DNA of 56,874 bases, taken from the NCBI RefSeq assembly GCF_001194135.2, contig NC_068982.1, forward strand, positions 172,041,368-172,098,241. The letters are read 5' to 3'. Made by a program: the position numbers and the translations under genes. The notes below the pieces were generated by a model. The model did not search any database and had not been told where the DNA came from. It was given only the letters and a program-made list of their open reading frames with translations. Every line of letters starts with the position of its first letter. The stretch's first letter is position 1. Positions 1 to 13,149 of this stretch are shown piece by piece. The DNA comes from Octopus bimaculoides. Taxonomy: Eukaryota.

Positions 1-115
1 AATCCGGCCTACCTGTTAAAGGTGGTGCGTATACTGATATGAGTCGAAAAGCACACCCATCGCTGCCATCGACATCCAGAACAACCAATCTACCCTCCGG
101 GTCTATGAATACTGT

Positions 116-116
<1 letters not shown>

Positions 117-184
<68 letters not shown>
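117..184. repeat. (GATA)n microsatellite
   Basis: Read directly. Confidence 0.98.
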
Positions 185-186
<2 letters not shown>

Positions 187-198
187 CAGTGTGTGTGA

Positions 199-323
199 GA
201 CGAGCATTAATCAGTCCCTATCTATTGTAGAAGAGATTTGCTCAAGGTACCACGCAGTGGGGCTGAACCCGAAACTTTGTGGTTGGGAAGCAAACTTCTT
301 TCCGCATAAGCATGCCTGCACCT
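199..323 (-). mobile_element. SINE family A, head fragment
   Basis: Matches head of full copies at 42480 and 46162. Confidence 0.75.
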
Positions 324-390
324 ACACGCACACACACACACACATACATACATATTGAAATATGAATTAGAAGCAGCGCTAGTCTTGTAA

Positions 391-503
391 ACATTATCAA
401 TCACGCATACTCAATGTATGTGCTTCGCATTTTCAACTGTCTATGATTTTCTGATAGTTGAAAGAGCGAAGCACATACATTGAGTATGCGTGATTGATAA
501 TGT
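391..503. repeat. Perfect 38-bp inverted repeat (hairpin)
   Basis: 391-428 is the exact reverse complement of 466-503; further 8-bp inner pairing. Confidence 0.9.
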
Positions 504-669
504 CTATGATTTTCAGATGTTTTAGTACTCGGCGAGTTGAGGGAGTCATTCCCACCGCGCTAATTCGCAGCCTACCGGCAAACAGCCGATTAGTGTGTTT
601 TGAAAATTTGCGGCTGATAATATATATACATATATATATGTATGCATATATTTATATATATATATATAT

Positions 670-979
670 TTTTTACTTGTTTCAGTCATTTGACTGCGGC
701 CATGCTGGAGCACCGCTTTTAGTCGAATCAAATCGACCCCAGGACTTATTCTTTGTAAGCCTAGCACTTATTCTATCAGTCTCTTTTTGCCGAACCGCTA
801 AGTTACGGGGACCTAAACACACCAGCATCGGTTGTCAATCGATGTTGGGGGGACAAACACAGATACACACATACATACATATATATATATATATACGACG
901 GGCTTCTTTCAGTTTCCGTCTACCAAATCCACTCACAAGGCTTTGGTCGGCCCGAGGCTATAGTAGAAGACACTTGCCC
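670..979 (-). mobile_element. SINE family A (head lost in gap)
   Basis: gtttcagtcatttgactgcggccatgctggagcaccg tail through gacacttgccc. Confidence 0.92.
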
Positions 980-1746
980 NNNNNNNNNNNNNNNNNNNNN
1001 NNNNNNNNNNNNNNNNNNNNNNNNNNNNNNNNNNNNNNNNNNNNNNNNNNNNNNNNNNNNNNNNNNNNNNNNNNNNNNNNNNNNNNNNNNNNNNNNNNNN
1101 NNNNNNNNNNNNNNNNNNNNNNNNNNNNNNNNNNNNNNNNNNNNNNNNNNNNNNNNNNNNNNNNNNNNNNNNNNNNNNNNNNNNNNNNNNNNNNNNNNNN
1201 NNNNNNNNNNNNNNNNNNNNNNNNNNNNNNNNNNNNNNNNNNNNNNNNNNNNNNNNNNNNNNNNNNNNNNNNNNNNNNNNNNNNNNNNNNNNNNNNNNNN
1301 NNNNNNNNNNNNNNNNNNNNNNNNNNNNNNNNNNNNNNNNNNNNNNNNNNNNNNNNNNNNNNNNNNNNNNNNNNNNNNNNNNNNNNNNNNNNNNNNNNNN
1401 NNNNNNNNNNNNNNNNNNNNNNATATATATTTATTAATATTTCTAAGTCTCTCTAAAGGAGACTACGGCAGCGGTACTGGAAATTAATAGTTATCGCCAA
1501 GCCAACATGGCAGTCCCAAAATTAGGACGAAAGCTGCCGTGAATTAGCTCCAAGAAGCCATCGCCTCTAGCTAGCTATGTGACACACGAAACCTGTGTCC
1601 TTTATAACCTTCGAACAGGGGAGGTCAGCAGTGTCCCCCTGCTGGCTTGGCATCTGCAGACTAGACTAGTTTCAGGGTGTTGCCCCTTGTCAATGCAGAG
1701 TAGCCAAGCCTTAGCCAGGAATAATTACTGTGAAGCATTGTGTAGA

Positions 1747-2024
1747 ATATATTGTATGAACGATCGTGGGTAATGCCAAAACAATGCGAAGTAAATGCAC
1801 GATAAATCACAAGAAAACAAATATGTGAATTAATGTAGACTTACCTTGTATTCAATACTTCGGGGTTATGATCCCATTTTCAAGAAATTGACGAATGTTG
1901 CCGATGTGAGTGTCATCGGCAACATTCGTCAATTTCTTGAAAATGGGGTCATAACCCCGAAATATTGTGATTTACCTTGCATTTACTTCGCATTGTTTTG
2001 GCCTTACCCACGATCTTTTATACA

Positions 2025-2030
<6 letters not shown>
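1747..2030. mobile_element. Near-fully palindromic (foldback) MITE-like element, about 285 bp
   Basis: Outer arms 1747-1813 / 1965-2030 and inner arms 1853-1906 / 1914-1967 (2 mismatches, 7-nt loop); about 40 bp unpaired on the left; TA-rich termini. Confidence 0.8.
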
Positions 2031-2112
<82 letters not shown>

Positions 2113-2880
2113 GTATATATATATATATATATCAGCAGCAAAACATTCGAAAGGGTTAAGATGTGCCGAAGAAGATAAGGTCTTTGTATCAAACCAGAAA
2201 CCGGTCCACATATACACCTGTACCAGTAAATAAATAGCTTTATGTTATATTGGTATGTGAGAGATTTTTCGATCTGCTAGTATACAGTTGAATCTGTTGT
2301 TTTCAGTGTAAATTTTGTTTCGTGAACCAAATAAGAGTTTTGACTCGTAATTTTGGCGGGTAGACACTTTAATGTGTCCTTATGATTAATATGTGTTTAT
2401 GTGTGTGTGTGTGTGTGTGTGTGTGTGACATATGCTATATTATAAACAGTGCAAATCTTAGCCATTTCTCTGCAGACAGAAAAAATGATGAACAACCTTA
2501 ATCGATTTTCGAACCTTATTGGGTCCTCATCAGAGGCGTCTATATCATTCTGACAGTATCCAGAGAAACAAGCAGCCAAACTGTTTATATACTCAACAAA
2601 TGAGTTACTCTATGAAGGAATCCCTAATCTGCATACCGTATATATTTATGTATTTATGTATATATAGCTTTTTGGGTTGTCGCAATTATGTTCTTATTAG
2701 GACTACAAATTAAAACTTGCGCCTGTGATGCTAACAAATTTAATAATCTCTTTCAGTATTCTATATATTCTAATCGAGCATATACAGGTGTATTCTGGTT
2801 CACGAAATAAGTTACACCAAAGATTAACAGCTTTTGTGTGCTGGTTCGCGTTTTTTATGTTGTTTTATTTATTTCATATT

Positions 2881-3072
2881 CTTTTACTCTTTTATTTTTT
2901 CGATTGTTTAAGTCGAACAAATCGACCACGGGACTTATTCCTTGTAAGGTCTCTGTTGCCGAACCACTAGGTTACGGGGACATAATCACACCAGCATTGG
3001 TTGTCAAATGGTGGTGGTGGGAGGGGGTACAAACACAGACACACACACACAAATACGTACATACATACACAT

Positions 3073-3105
<33 letters not shown>

Positions 3106-3208
3106 TAATACAATGTACATTTAATACACATTAGAGATGCCCATAAAAGGACATCTGACCCGCTAGAAAGAGCAACCAAAACTCTACACCACAAAATAGG
3201 GATAATTC

Positions 3209-3248
<40 letters not shown>

Positions 3249-3380
3249 GACGGGCTTCATTCAGTTTCTTTCTACTAAATCCACTCACAAGGCTTTTGTC
3301 AAGAAGACACTTTCCGAATGTGTCACGCGTGGGACTGAACCCAGAACCATGTGGTTGGGATGAAAGCTACTTACCACGCA
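2881..3380 (-). mobile_element. SINE family A with ~100-bp foreign insert in its internal microsatellite
   Basis: Tail, body and head collinear with other copies; insert 3105-3210 resembles family E. Confidence 0.85.
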
Positions 3381-3389
3381 ATGTTTTGT

Positions 3390-3600
3390 ATTTTATCTTC
3401 TACTTGTTTCATTCAATGGAGTACGGCCATGCTGAGACACCACCTTGAAAGTCGAACGAATAGACCTCCCAGTGATTACTTTATGTTTAGCACTTATTTC
3501 ATCAGTCTCTTTTGCCGAACAGCCAAGTTACAAGAACGTGAAGAAACTATAACCTATTGTCAGGCTGTGATGGGGGATAAACGCAGGCACTATGACACAC
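3390..3600 (-). mobile_element. SINE family A tail half, diverged
   Basis: cggccatgctgagacaccacc..ctcttttgccgaac. Confidence 0.75.
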
Positions 3601-3766
3601 AAGAAATCTTTGTCTCAAGAATTACAAAAATTACAATGTACATGCCTTTCTGCGTTTATACTTTTTCGTAACCCCTATCCTGCAAAGAAATACATCTAAC
3701 ATGGAATTAGAAATATAACAAATGTCTCCAATCTTTTAGTCTGATATGTAATTATTCTGCAAATAT

Positions 3767-4137
3767 GTTGTTGGCACTCCGTCGCTTACGACATCGAGGG
3801 TTCCAGTTGATCCGATCAACGGAACAACCTGCTCGTGAAATTAACGTGCAAGTGGCTGAGCATTCCACAGACACGTGTACCCTTAACGTAGTTCTAGGGG
3901 ATATTCAGCGTGACACAGTGTGACGAGGCTGACCCTTTGAATTACAGGCAGAACAGAAACAGGAAGTAAGAGTGAGAGAAAGTTGTGGTGAAAGAGTACA
4001 GCATGGTTCGCCACTATCCCCTGCCGGAGCCTCGTGGAGCTTTAAGTGTTTTCGCTCAATAAACACTCAAACGCCCGGTCTGGGAATCGAAACCGCGAGT
4101 CCGCTGCCATAACCACTGGGCCATTGCGCTTTTTCAC
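3767..4137 (-). mobile_element. SINE family C (tRNA-like head, (caa)n tail)
   Basis: Near-identical to the other two copies; TSD tctgcaaatat; 14-bp deletion between accgcga repeats in the head. Confidence 0.9.
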
Positions 4138-4343
4138 TCTGCAAATATAATTCACTAGAAAATTCAATTACTGCCTATTCCTCATTTAAAATACAGCTCC
4201 TGCATACATAAATTTGATTAATGTGAATATGCAAATGTCCTTCACGGGGGTACAGCTTGGATTATATCACCTACGCACACATGCCTGCATGCACACACAC
4301 ACACACACACATGCACACACGTACACACACACACACATGCCCG

Positions 4344-4375
<32 letters not shown>

Positions 4376-4378
<3 letters not shown>

Positions 4379-4530
4379 CTGGTTTCCACAGAGTTTCGTC
4401 TACGAAATTCATCCACAAGTTACTGATAGACTGGGACCTATAGTAGAGAACGGTTGCTCAAGATGCCATGTAGCAAGACCGAATCTGAAACCATGTGGTT
4501 GAGAATCGAGTTTCTTTACGACATACCTCC
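4376..4530 (-). mobile_element. SINE family A head half, diverged
   Basis: ctatagtagagaac..accatgtggttgag. Confidence 0.6.
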
Positions 4531-4689
4531 CATGCTCTGCATTATATTAACTTGAATACAAAAATATCCCGCGTTTCACCATTTTCAACGGCAATGCTTA
4601 GGTTAGCAAAAAAAGTTACACAAATTTTTATGCAAAAGACAATCTAAAAGCCATCAAAAGCTCAATGGTTCAGAACAAACATTGATGTG

Positions 4690-4776
4690 AAGAATTTTTA
4701 GAAAGGTCCGAGACCCACTGAATAAATGCCTCGCTGGCCCATTTGTAGGCCGCGGCCCACGTGTTGTCAACTCCTG
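4690..4776. mobile_element. Single hAT-like terminus
   Basis: Reverse complement reads caggagttgacaacacgtgggccgcggcc, typical of Charlie-type ends; no partner end found. Confidence 0.4.
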
Positions 4777-5269
4777 CGTTAAACAAATTACACCAAGGAT
4801 TAGAAAATATATATTAATCTCAGACATCAACCTTATCTCTCCTCCAATCTCATTTTTCTTTATGATTAGAAAAACAAATGTGTTTTATGTCTGAGGGTTA
4901 TATTTCAGACGAAACCACGCTTTGAAAAATGTAGCAGGGTGAACAAAATTATAATTAAATTAAAAAGAAAAAATAGTTACAATCGACAAATGTTCACAAC
5001 TCATTCATTTTAAGCGTATTTTAATTAGGAGGATTAACATATGAAAAAGAAAAAATGTAAGCGGAACGATATCACAGTATTAAAAATAAACAAATAAAGT
5101 TGTATGAAAATCTGTCTCAACATGTGTAAAGCAAAAAAAAATAATATATATACTGACATATGATATTAAATAAAATCTGAAAAGTGCTATTATTGATAAA
5201 ATACGAAATTGTTTCACTGCGAAATTTACTTGACATCTCGATTCATTTCAAAAATATTTAGTAGTATAT

Positions 5270-5752
5270 ACGAAGCAGTAGTTTTCAGTATACATCCAGT
5301 GTAATTTACTGAATAGTAAACATTTTCGATGTCATATATTTATTGTATGCGTGTTGTTAAATGCTTTTGTGCAGCAGTATTCTGTCCAAGGAAAGTCCCT
5401 TTAAAGACGACGTTTGTTGAAAAATACAATATATATTCAAAACCAGGCGAAACGAATCGCCCCCGGAGATGAACGAGAACGATGGACATCGGTATTTCGC
5501 TGTTGTTTTAGTTCATTGGTGTTGTTTTCTCTATTCGACCTCGAGATGAATGAAAATCGCTGGCACGAAATATAAACTGATAGGATAAAATCTATCTACT
5601 GATGTGCAGCTGTGCCTCACAAGTAAAACAAAATTGAAATTTTGAATTAGAAGCAGTTCTTTAAACTTTATCTATGTCACATATTTAATGTTTGTGTATT
5701 TCTAAATGCGTTTAGATTGTGGTATTCTATCCAGGGAAAGTCCCTTTAAAGA
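5270..5752. repeat. Diverged direct repeat, period about 350-380 bp
   Basis: 5330-5406 vs 5675-5752 share tgtca.atattta..gtattct.tcca.ggaaagtccctttaaaga. Confidence 0.6.
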
Positions 5753-6207
5753 TATAGTGAGTTGTTTTGATAAAGTTGAACAGAAAAATTTATACACGAA
5801 TTCATTATTTTATAACTTAGAAACAATTTTTTTACTCTGCGTATATAGCTTAATGACCAATGAAAAGAAGACATGTCCACATATCAACTCGTTGGTTCAA
5901 CTTTTCGGTAGTATATCTAAAGCACTGCTAGTTTTCATGCCATCACTGGATACATTTAGCGGTATTTACTCTGTCGCATGTTCCTATGTTCCCCAGCCAG
6001 GACTACTCCGTCTATTCACTTACAATTGTTACGACTCGGCTCCAGTAGCATTACTCTTAATATAGACTAGGAACTCTGCAGAAGACATGTTCACTGTGCC
6101 TTCTATGTGTGCGTGTGTATATGTATCTGTGTGTTTGTGTATTTGTGTGTGTGTGTATGTGTGTGTGTGTGTGTGTGTACGTGTGTATATGTGTGTATGT
6201 ATATATG

Positions 6208-6252
<45 letters not shown>

Positions 6253-6554
6253 NNNNNNNNNNNNNNNNNNNNNNNNNNNNNNNNNNNNNNNNNNNNNNNN
6301 NNNNNNNNNNNNNNNNNNNNNNNNNNNNNNNNNNNNNNNNNNNNNNNNNNNNNNNNNNNNNNNNNNNNNNNNNNNNNNNNNNNNNNNNNNNNNNNNNNNN
6401 NNNNNNNNNNNNNNNNNNNNNNNNNNNNNNNNNNNNNNNNNNNNNNNNNNNNNNNNNNNNNNNNNNNNNNNNNNNNNNNNNNNNNNNNNNNNNNNNNNNN
6501 NNNNNNNNNNNNNNNNNNNNNNNNNNNNNNNNNNNNNNNNNNNNNNNNNNNNNN

Positions 6555-6589
<35 letters not shown>

Positions 6590-7081
6590 TACCTATGTAT
6601 TTATGAATATACACGTATGTATATATTTGTCTATGCATATAGATGTATGTAGATAGATAGATAGATAGATAGATAGATCATGACATAAACGTATTTAGCT
6701 TTTCTATGGGATAAACACCTTAGATTTTTAGCCGTCATTACATATATAAATTAATTAAATTTATTAAATTAATTAAACTTGATACAGTAGACAGTCATAA
6801 ATGTCTGTCACATTTATACAACTTTAATGTGATTAGTAAAAGATGGTTGAGCAGAGCTATAGTTTCAATCGTCGTTACATTCTTGTCAGAAACCGATTAC
6901 CTAAACCTAGCTAACCATTGTGAAGTTATATTTCAAAATATTAATAAGCGTATAACTAAATTTAATAGACTAATTTTTAGTATCTAGCAAGTTTTTTGTT
7001 GTTTGTTCTTTCCAGTGAATTAATGAGTTTCAGTAGTATCTATTTTATTTAGGTAAATTCATCTATTTGTCTATCGATCTG

Positions 7082-7144
<63 letters not shown>

Positions 7145-7199
7145 GTCTGTCTGTCTATTTATATGTGTGTGTGCATGTGTTTGTGTGTGTGTATACTTA

Positions 7200-7857
7200 G
7201 TATTACATGTTTACGCTTTTATCGCTTTCAAAGTATTCTCCATCGGTCCAGACGAATTTTTCACTATTCTGAGCAATACTGGAATTCTTGCGAAGTGATA
7301 CCTTTTAATGCTTTCGTCGTTCTTTTCTACACCTCTTCCGCATCTGCAAATTCCGTATCACCAGCTTTCGTCACCAGTGATGACCTTCCAAAAAAGGTCC
7401 GGATCAACTTCCAACAGTTCTTTCAGTTCACGACACGCACTCATTCAGTTGTAAATGCTTTTTAATTTCCGTGAGCATGCAAGGCACAAATGTTGTTGCA
7501 ACTCTTTTCATTCGCAATTCTGCGCTCAAAATTCGTTGGCAGGAGCTCCAGGACAAACCGCTTATATCAACAAGTTCGTCAATTGTTCGGTGACGGTCCT
7601 CCAAGATCAGTTTATGAATTTTCATGATGTTTTCCTTCGTTCGGGAGGTCGACGTTTATCCTGAACGAGGTTGGTCTTCAAGCGACAAGTGACCATTCCT
7701 AAAGCAAGAAAACCGCTCGTAAACTTATATTTTGCTCATGGCAGCGACCTTGTATGCTGTTTGAAGCATGACAACTGTAGCATGAAAACGGTCACCCTTT
7801 TGCCCAGCAGCAAACGCTTCTTGGAAGCGCGCTGTTCCTTCGTTTCAGCAATGACAT
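7200..7857 (-). mobile_element. Internally deleted mariner transposase remnant (different family from 11121-12367)
   Basis: LEDQPRSG, ILEDRHRTIDELVDISGLSWSSCQRILSAELRMKRVA, VITGDESW then a jump near 7355 to C-terminal FADAEEV..ALKGITSQEFQ; no TIRs found. Confidence 0.85.
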
Positions 7858-7867
7858 AAGTATTGTG

Positions 7868-8170
7868 CAAGTGCCTTCTACTATAGCATCGGGCCAACCA
7901 AAGCCTTGTGAGTTGTTTTGGTAGACGGAAACTGGAAGAAGCCCGTCGTATATATATGTGTGTGTCTGTGTTTGTCCCTCACCATCGCTTGACAACCGAT
8001 GTTGGCGTGTTAACGTCCCCGTAACGTAGCGGTTCGGCAAAAGTGACCGATGGAATAAGTACGAAGCTTCCAAATAATACTCCTGGGGTCGATTTGTTCG
8101 ACTAAAACGGTGGTGTTCCAGCATGGCTGCAGTCAAATTACTGAAACAAATAAAAGAATAAAAGAAAAGA
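7868..8170 (+). mobile_element. SINE family A lacking tRNA head
   Basis: gcaagtgccttctactatagc through gactgaaacaa-like tail. Confidence 0.88.
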
Positions 8171-8779
8171 ATATACATATATATATATATATAATACAAA
8201 TAAGTAGATGCACATGAGTGTATGTGTGTGAAAATATATACATTCTTATGAGCTTCAAAAGCCTCAAATTTTCGTAGTTAATCAACATATATTTTTAAGG
8301 AGCATGAAAATTGCTTTTGAGTTAATCGAGAAATGGGGTTTATTCCAAAGCCATGATTAATTGCAAGTATTGGGGAAGTGAAAATGTAAGGACTCATTCT
8401 AGCAAGGCGGTGGGTGGGGTGGTAGCGGGGAAGTTAAGAATTGTAAAATGGCGGAAATTAGGAAAAGTGGAGGAATTAAAAATTGAAGAATGGCTAAATG
8501 AAGAAAGAAGCAGAAAAGGAATGTTCTAGTAGAAAGTTTCGATGATGATATATAAACGGTGTGTCGTAGTTTTCTGTCGAGATTTATCAAATTTGGTCGG
8601 ACATTGCAAGTGATTAACAAGATATACATGCTTATATTATTCTATTGCAAAAGCTTTAAAAGCCGTAAGTTAATTACATTAATGAAAACACCAATTATTT
8701 AATCACGACGACCAGTAATGCTCAGTATTCAAATTAATCTGGTTTGCGTTTAATTTAAATAGCGACTACTGTAAGTTAC

Positions 8780-8869
8780 CTTCATGGTCAGATAGTTGGG
8801 AGATACGTCTTCTCTGACGAGTAACCATGTAGTTATGAATCATATCAAGATAATCTTCTATAGTTTTCT
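8780..8869 (-). CDS. Internal coding exon (90 nt, phase 1-1): (E)KTIEDYLDMIHNYMVTRQRRRISQLSDHE, probably the same gene as 22058-22261
   Basis: Acceptor ttttgcatag|, donor gaag|gtaact, open frame, phase-compatible with the 22058-22261 exon (join reads FQKLKA-E-KTIEDYL). Confidence 0.55.
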
Positions 8870-9299
8870 CTATGCAAAACATTGTCACAATGTATTGACA
8901 CCTGTTTAAGTTATATAGAGAAATTTACAAAAGATACCGTAGGTTAAGTACATTAATCTTCGAAGTTTTGATAGAGGTAGTATTGTACATAGATTATTTA
9001 TTATACATACTACACACTCGCACACACATATACAAACATATATACATATAGACGTGTGTGTATGTGTGCGTGCGTGTGTGTGTGTGCATACATGCATACA
9101 TATAAGTGCGCTCGAACGCTCGCACATTCACACACACAACCTTGTATAGAATCCATACGAAATTTTGTGTGTAAACGTAGATTTATGTCAGTGTGTATGT
9201 GTATGTGTGCATGTGTATGTGTGCATGTGTGTGTATATGTACGTGTGCGTGTTTTTGTGTGAGAGCGACAGAAAAAGAGAGCGTGTATGTCTCTTTATA

Positions 9300-9405
9300 T
9301 CTGCATTTGTCCTCCTCCACCGCTTGACAACCAGTGTTGGTGTGTTTACTCCAACTAGCAATTCGGCAGCTGTCTAATGACTGAAACAAGGGAAAAGATG
9401 AAAGA
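9300..9405 (+). mobile_element. SINE family A, internally deleted tail
   Basis: cgcttgacaaccagtgttggtgtgttt..atgactgaaacaag. Confidence 0.6.
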
Positions 9406-9807
9406 TACACGCACACACACACACAAATACGTACATACGTGCATACATATATATATGCACACACACACAAGCACACACACACAAGCACACACACACACAT
9501 ACATATATATATTATATATTCGCGTATATTAATAAATGAACACGTGTGAGAATTTAAATATATATGAAGTGAATGTATATACCAGAAAGAAGACATACAC
9601 CCTACTGAAAAATGTAACAATATTGAATGTGTATCCATCTAGTTAGATGTAACTGCATTATATATCTATGCCTTCTGCAATAATATTGTATGTTGAGCAT
9701 GTCCCCTAACGCCAAACAGTCACTTATACATGTTTCAAATTCTGACAACAGATAACATACGGGAAACGTGATACTTATGCATAAACGTGCGAATAATGCT
9801 TTGTGAA

Positions 9808-10074
<267 letters not shown>

Positions 10075-10787
10075 TATTCTAAGTGTTTCATAGACCTTTT
10101 GGGGTATATTCCTAGCAGACTGGTGTTATAATCATTCAACACCCTTATTACAATTTTAATATAAATAACCATTATGGTATTTTTAGTATGCTGGCCATGA
10201 TAAATCATTAAATAATGATTTTATCCTAATTAGCATATATATANNNNNNNNNNNNNNNNNNNNNNNNNNNNNNNNNNNNNNNNNNNNNNNNNNNNNNNNN
10301 NNNNNNNNNNNNNNNNNNNNNNNNNNNNNNNNNNNNNNNNNNNNNNNNNNNNNNNATATATATATATATATATATATATACACGTATACATATATACAGA
10401 AATGCGTGTATAATACATATATCATACATAACACATACACATGTATATCACATATACGTTTGTGTCTGTGTCTGTCTGTCTGTCTGTCTTTCTATCTGTC
10501 TGTTTGTCTGTGTTATGTGTATGTGTGTGTGTATATGTGGTTGCACATACGTTCTACATGTTCATGTGTGCGTGCGTGTGTGAGTGAGTGTCATAAATGT
10601 ACGCCATGTTTACAAGACACCCCATTGTTCCAGTGTCTTTGCAACAAGCAGCAATTTATCTATTTTAAAGATAACAACGTTCTTCCTACAATAGTACAAA
10701 CTTCACCTGTGGAATTAATTTGCTTTACAAACACATGCTGCGATTCACATGCGTCTCTGTATGTCTGTATATAATTATGTGTGTACT

Positions 10788-10789
<2 letters not shown>

Positions 10790-10868
<79 letters not shown>

Positions 10869-11120
10869 ATCTATCTATCTATCTATCTATCTATTTATTT
10901 ATCTATCTATCTCTTCACTCTTTCTCTTTCTCATTGTACGTTTATATATATATATATGTATGTATGTATGCATTATGTATGCATGTATTAAGTATGTATG
11001 TATGTATGTATTATGTATATACAGCTGTGTGTGTGTGTTTTTCTCTCGTCCAGTTGTACACTCAGTATATGGTATGTCGTTTGTTTATTTACCTTACATT
11101 TTTCATTTATCATATATATA
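10790..11120. repeat. Compound (CT)n(ATCT)n(TATG)n tract
   Basis: Read directly. Confidence 0.9.
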
Positions 11121-12366
11121 TTGGGTCATCCAATAAATAATGCAGTTCTTTTATACTTCTTTTATTTTTCAAAATTAAGATGCACAAAGTTCTTTTTTAA
11201 TCTAAAATATACTCTCCTTCATTTTCTACAATGTTCTTCCATCTATTTGGTAGACTTGCAAGACTCCTCTTCCAAAATTCACTTGTTCGTGATGAAAAGT
11301 TCTCTTCTTGTATTGTTCTGACCTCGTCTACAGAATTCATATTTTTTTCCATCCAAAGAAATAAATGATAGTCAGATGGGCAATGTTCAGTGAATATGGT
11401 CGGTGGGGCATCGTTTCCCATTCAAACTACTCCAACTTTTGGAATGTCATCTTCGCTGTATGTGGTCGAAATTATTTTGATAGAAGAGCATCTTTCGTCT
11501 TCAAATCAAAGATGGTCGTTTTACATCTAGCCCTGACTTAAGCCGCTCAAGCTTTCCCGCATTAGATCCCCTTTGTTATCGTTTGGTTTGGGCTTTAAAG
11601 TTCAAAGTGGACTAAACATTTCATATCCCACCAAACAGGTAACAACGCCTTACGTGGGTGAAGACCTTCTTTAACCTAGGGTGCTGGTGTTTCTCCTTTC
11701 CCTATCCACTGTCTCCGGCGCTTGAAATTTTCATAGAGAACCCATTTCTCATCACCAGTCACTATTCGATCCATAAAATGTTCATCCGTGAGACGTGGCA
11801 GCAAAGAAGAGCAGACATTCATTCTCTGCGCGCGATTAGACTCGCAAAGCTTGTGAGGAACTCATTGACCCAATTTGCTGACTTTTCCGATGGCACGCAG
11901 GTGTCGATGAATGGTTGAATGACCAACTCCAAGCGCCTTCGCTAGTTACTCAACAGTTACGATGGGAACTGGTTCCACCAGGATTTTCAGGACGTCTTCG
12001 TCGAGCCCTGCAGATCTTTCAGGATGAGACTCGTCTTCTAAGTTGTAGTTGACACCGGCTTACGCTTAATGTCCGATCCCCATATACTGCATTAATATTC
12101 CACGCAGTTTTTGTTGCGTTGTTGCCTTTATTGAACTCATGAAGCAAAACATGCTGAATATGCTGAATATGCACCTTTGTCACTTCTTTTATAGCTTTGA
12201 AAAAATAATTTTTAAAATCGAGGTGTATTCTTCAAAACTTGCACTAAGAATAAGAACAGGGTAAAATTACTACCTGCTTTTGTAGCAAGTTGATGCAGGT
12301 AGTTTATCCCCCTCCGACTTTTAGTTCATGCAATCGAAAAAACAGCATTATTTACGGGATGACCTA

Positions 12367-12367
<1 letters not shown>
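11121..12367 (-). mobile_element. Full-length (1247 bp) mariner DNA transposon, inactive
   Basis: TIRs ttgggtcatccaataaataatgc / ttaggtcatcccgtaaataatgc, TA on both sides, transposase pseudogene between them. Confidence 0.92.
11197..12193 (-). pseudogene. Mariner DD34D transposase pseudogene
   Basis: Motifs across frames: VPHKL, RIVTGDEKWVLY, LHPRK..VWWD, RPHTA, PSDYHLF, LPNRWKNIVENEGEYILD*; many stops and frameshifts. Confidence 0.9.
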
Positions 12368-12397
<30 letters not shown>

Positions 12398-13149
12398 TGT
12401 ATGTATGTATATATGCATGCATGTATATGTATGTATGTATTTATGTATGCATGTATGTATATATGTATGTAGGTATGTATCGCAGTGTATAATAAATACA
12501 AAAAGAAATTTTACATCTATGCGTTGAAATGTAACGGCGTAGCAGGACAAGGAGTAACACGTAAATGAATAAGATAACATTGAAAAAGTGAAAACGGGAG
12601 AATTTAAAAGAGCAATATTGAAATGATAAATGCAAAGGGAAAGAAAGAAAGAGAAGAATAGATAAAACAGAGAAATAAGCGTAAATATGAGGTGAGGGAT
12701 ATATGTTTGCCTATGTAACATTTTGTAGTTTACATGCATTATACAGGTACTGGATATATCTTTGAGAGTGGACGGGGAAAGAAGGTATCAAAAGAGAGAA
12801 GAGAATACATGGCAAGTAAATATATAAAAGTTGTTGGAAAAAGTAAGAATGCAAAATTATGTAAGTATACAAGGTAGAGAGAATAAACTCATGCCTTTAC
12901 ATACAGAAGTTTGAAAAGAAAAGAGATACAATGTGTGAAGAAAAGAAGGAGAGAAAAAAGAGAAAGAGAATCGAGAAATACATGAATGTTAAAACAGTGC
13001 AAAAGGAAAAGTGGATCAGTATTTAGATAATATAATAAAAATAAAATGAAAATGCAAAGTGAAATTAAGAAAAACAAATTTAACTCCTTTTTTTTTTTTT
13101 ACCTCAATTTTGAGAAAAGAAGATTCCAGTTTAATATGAATTTTACAAA

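Noticed and set aside
2420-6075. Possible downstream exons near 6033-6075 and 2420-2582 that are phase-compatible with 8780-8869
   Set aside because: Acceptors are weak and phase compatibility has a high chance rate.
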